Shown: positions 62,961 to 64,000 of the stretch, piece by piece
Layout of the letters: every line of letters starts with the position of its first letter
Position numbering within the stretch: the stretch's first letter is position 1
Assembly (NCBI GenBank): GCA_965649765.1
Contig: OZ287750.1
Span: forward strand, 81,096,001-81,160,000
Source of the DNA: Bispira polyomma
Taxonomy: Eukaryota
DNA: 64,000 nt
Reading direction: 5' to 3'
The notes under the pieces: generated by a model
What the model was told of the DNA's origin: nothing
Databases searched by the model: none
The model's input: only the letters and a program-made list of their open reading frames with translations
Translations under genes and position numbers: made by a program

Positions 62961-63842
62961 GTAGGACACGTGTCAATTATATTGGTCTTCTCTATGGTAA
63001 AATGTTACAGCCATTTAATGAACAAATAAGAAAAGGTATTACCTTGTTATAAAGCTAAAGTATGGCATACCACTTTGTTTATGGCTTAAATTATACAGAT
63101 ATGCTGATAAAGGTATGGTCAAACTATAAAGTTAGAGAAATGACTAATTGACAGCAATCAAAAATATGATGGCCATATTTGTTTTTGTAATAATATATGT
63201 TCTGAGGGTAGGAATATGCGGCTCGTATAACTCAAGATATGATCTGTCTATAATAGCATAATCAGTATTCCAATTTCACCTTGTAAGTATATTTTTTTTA
63301 TAGTTGTACCTAAATTTATTGAAAAGAAACACTTTCAGAAATAAATGTACTGGTGCTTACATTCTTGCAACAAGAAAAATAGGTACTGGTATCAGATAAA
63401 AAATATATCTACATTTTGCAAATGGAATAAATATTGCTGGTGTACATTTGTATGTGATAAATGTAATATAAAAAAGTGACCTGTGTTTTCAAATGCTTGA
63501 ACAACTGAACACAGGATCTAAAACCGGTAAGCAGTTATCCCTTCAAATATATGCTATTTTTTATTAAAAGCCTTGAACACCCATCTACACGTGTAATTGT
63601 TCCTTTGTTTATATACATTACACAGTGCCTTGACATAACGTGTTGATGCAATGATAGAAAAAAATCAGACCAGGGTTCTGGTAAATGTGTACATAAATAC
63701 TAGATGTAAGTCATTTTGCTCTGATTTAGCAGTTAATATATAATTATGTAAGTCAATGTATACATGCTGTCATAAATCTTCTCCCTCACTCTTCTTTGTG
63801 TGCTGTGTATGTTTGTTTTTCATTCTTGTTTTTTATCATCAG

Positions 63843-64000
63843 TTCAAAGTCCCTTCCTCTGAGGACCAATTCCCAGTCACGTGGTCCAGCCTCGTCCCTG
63901 AGATTACATAACAGCACCAGTAACAACAGTATTGGTACTCCAGCAGTGAGACCCAATTCTAGTGGAGACGTTCCGACCAGTAGCAGCGGCAGAAGATCCC
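63843..64000 (+). CDS. Probable next exon of the same gene (SKSLPLRTNSQSRGPASSLRLH...), Ser-rich, runs off the window
   Basis: Long pyrimidine tract plus CAG, phase 2 compatible with the previous exon, open to the edge. Confidence 0.6.

Overview
This is AT-rich animal genomic DNA, and the repeat families suggest an invertebrate, probably a lophotrochozoan such as a mollusc (inference). The left half holds the 5' part of one very large minus-strand gene of the large lipid transfer protein (LLTP) family, of apolipophorin/apoB type. I rebuilt 19 phase-compatible GT-AG coding exons from the ATG at 29533 to the window edge, giving at least 5181 codons. One exon is 11,200 nt long and is made of amphipathic beta-type repeats, including a gap-free array of 18 x 21 aa. 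The right half is a transposon-rich interval with tRNA-derived SINEs, L2/CR1 fragments, Helentron-type elements and several MITEs. It also holds a 6.5-kb composite element (43243-49779): a decayed Ngaro/DIRS-type gag + RT/RNase H + tyrosine-recombinase retrotransposon enclosed by 90-bp hairpin-containing inverted repeats (TAG...CTA) with a target-site duplication. Two short 'empty' relatives of that shell lie at 60122-60498 and 62030-62697. Two probable exons of an unidentified plus-strand gene appear at the right edge. No database searches were run; all calls come from reading the sequence.
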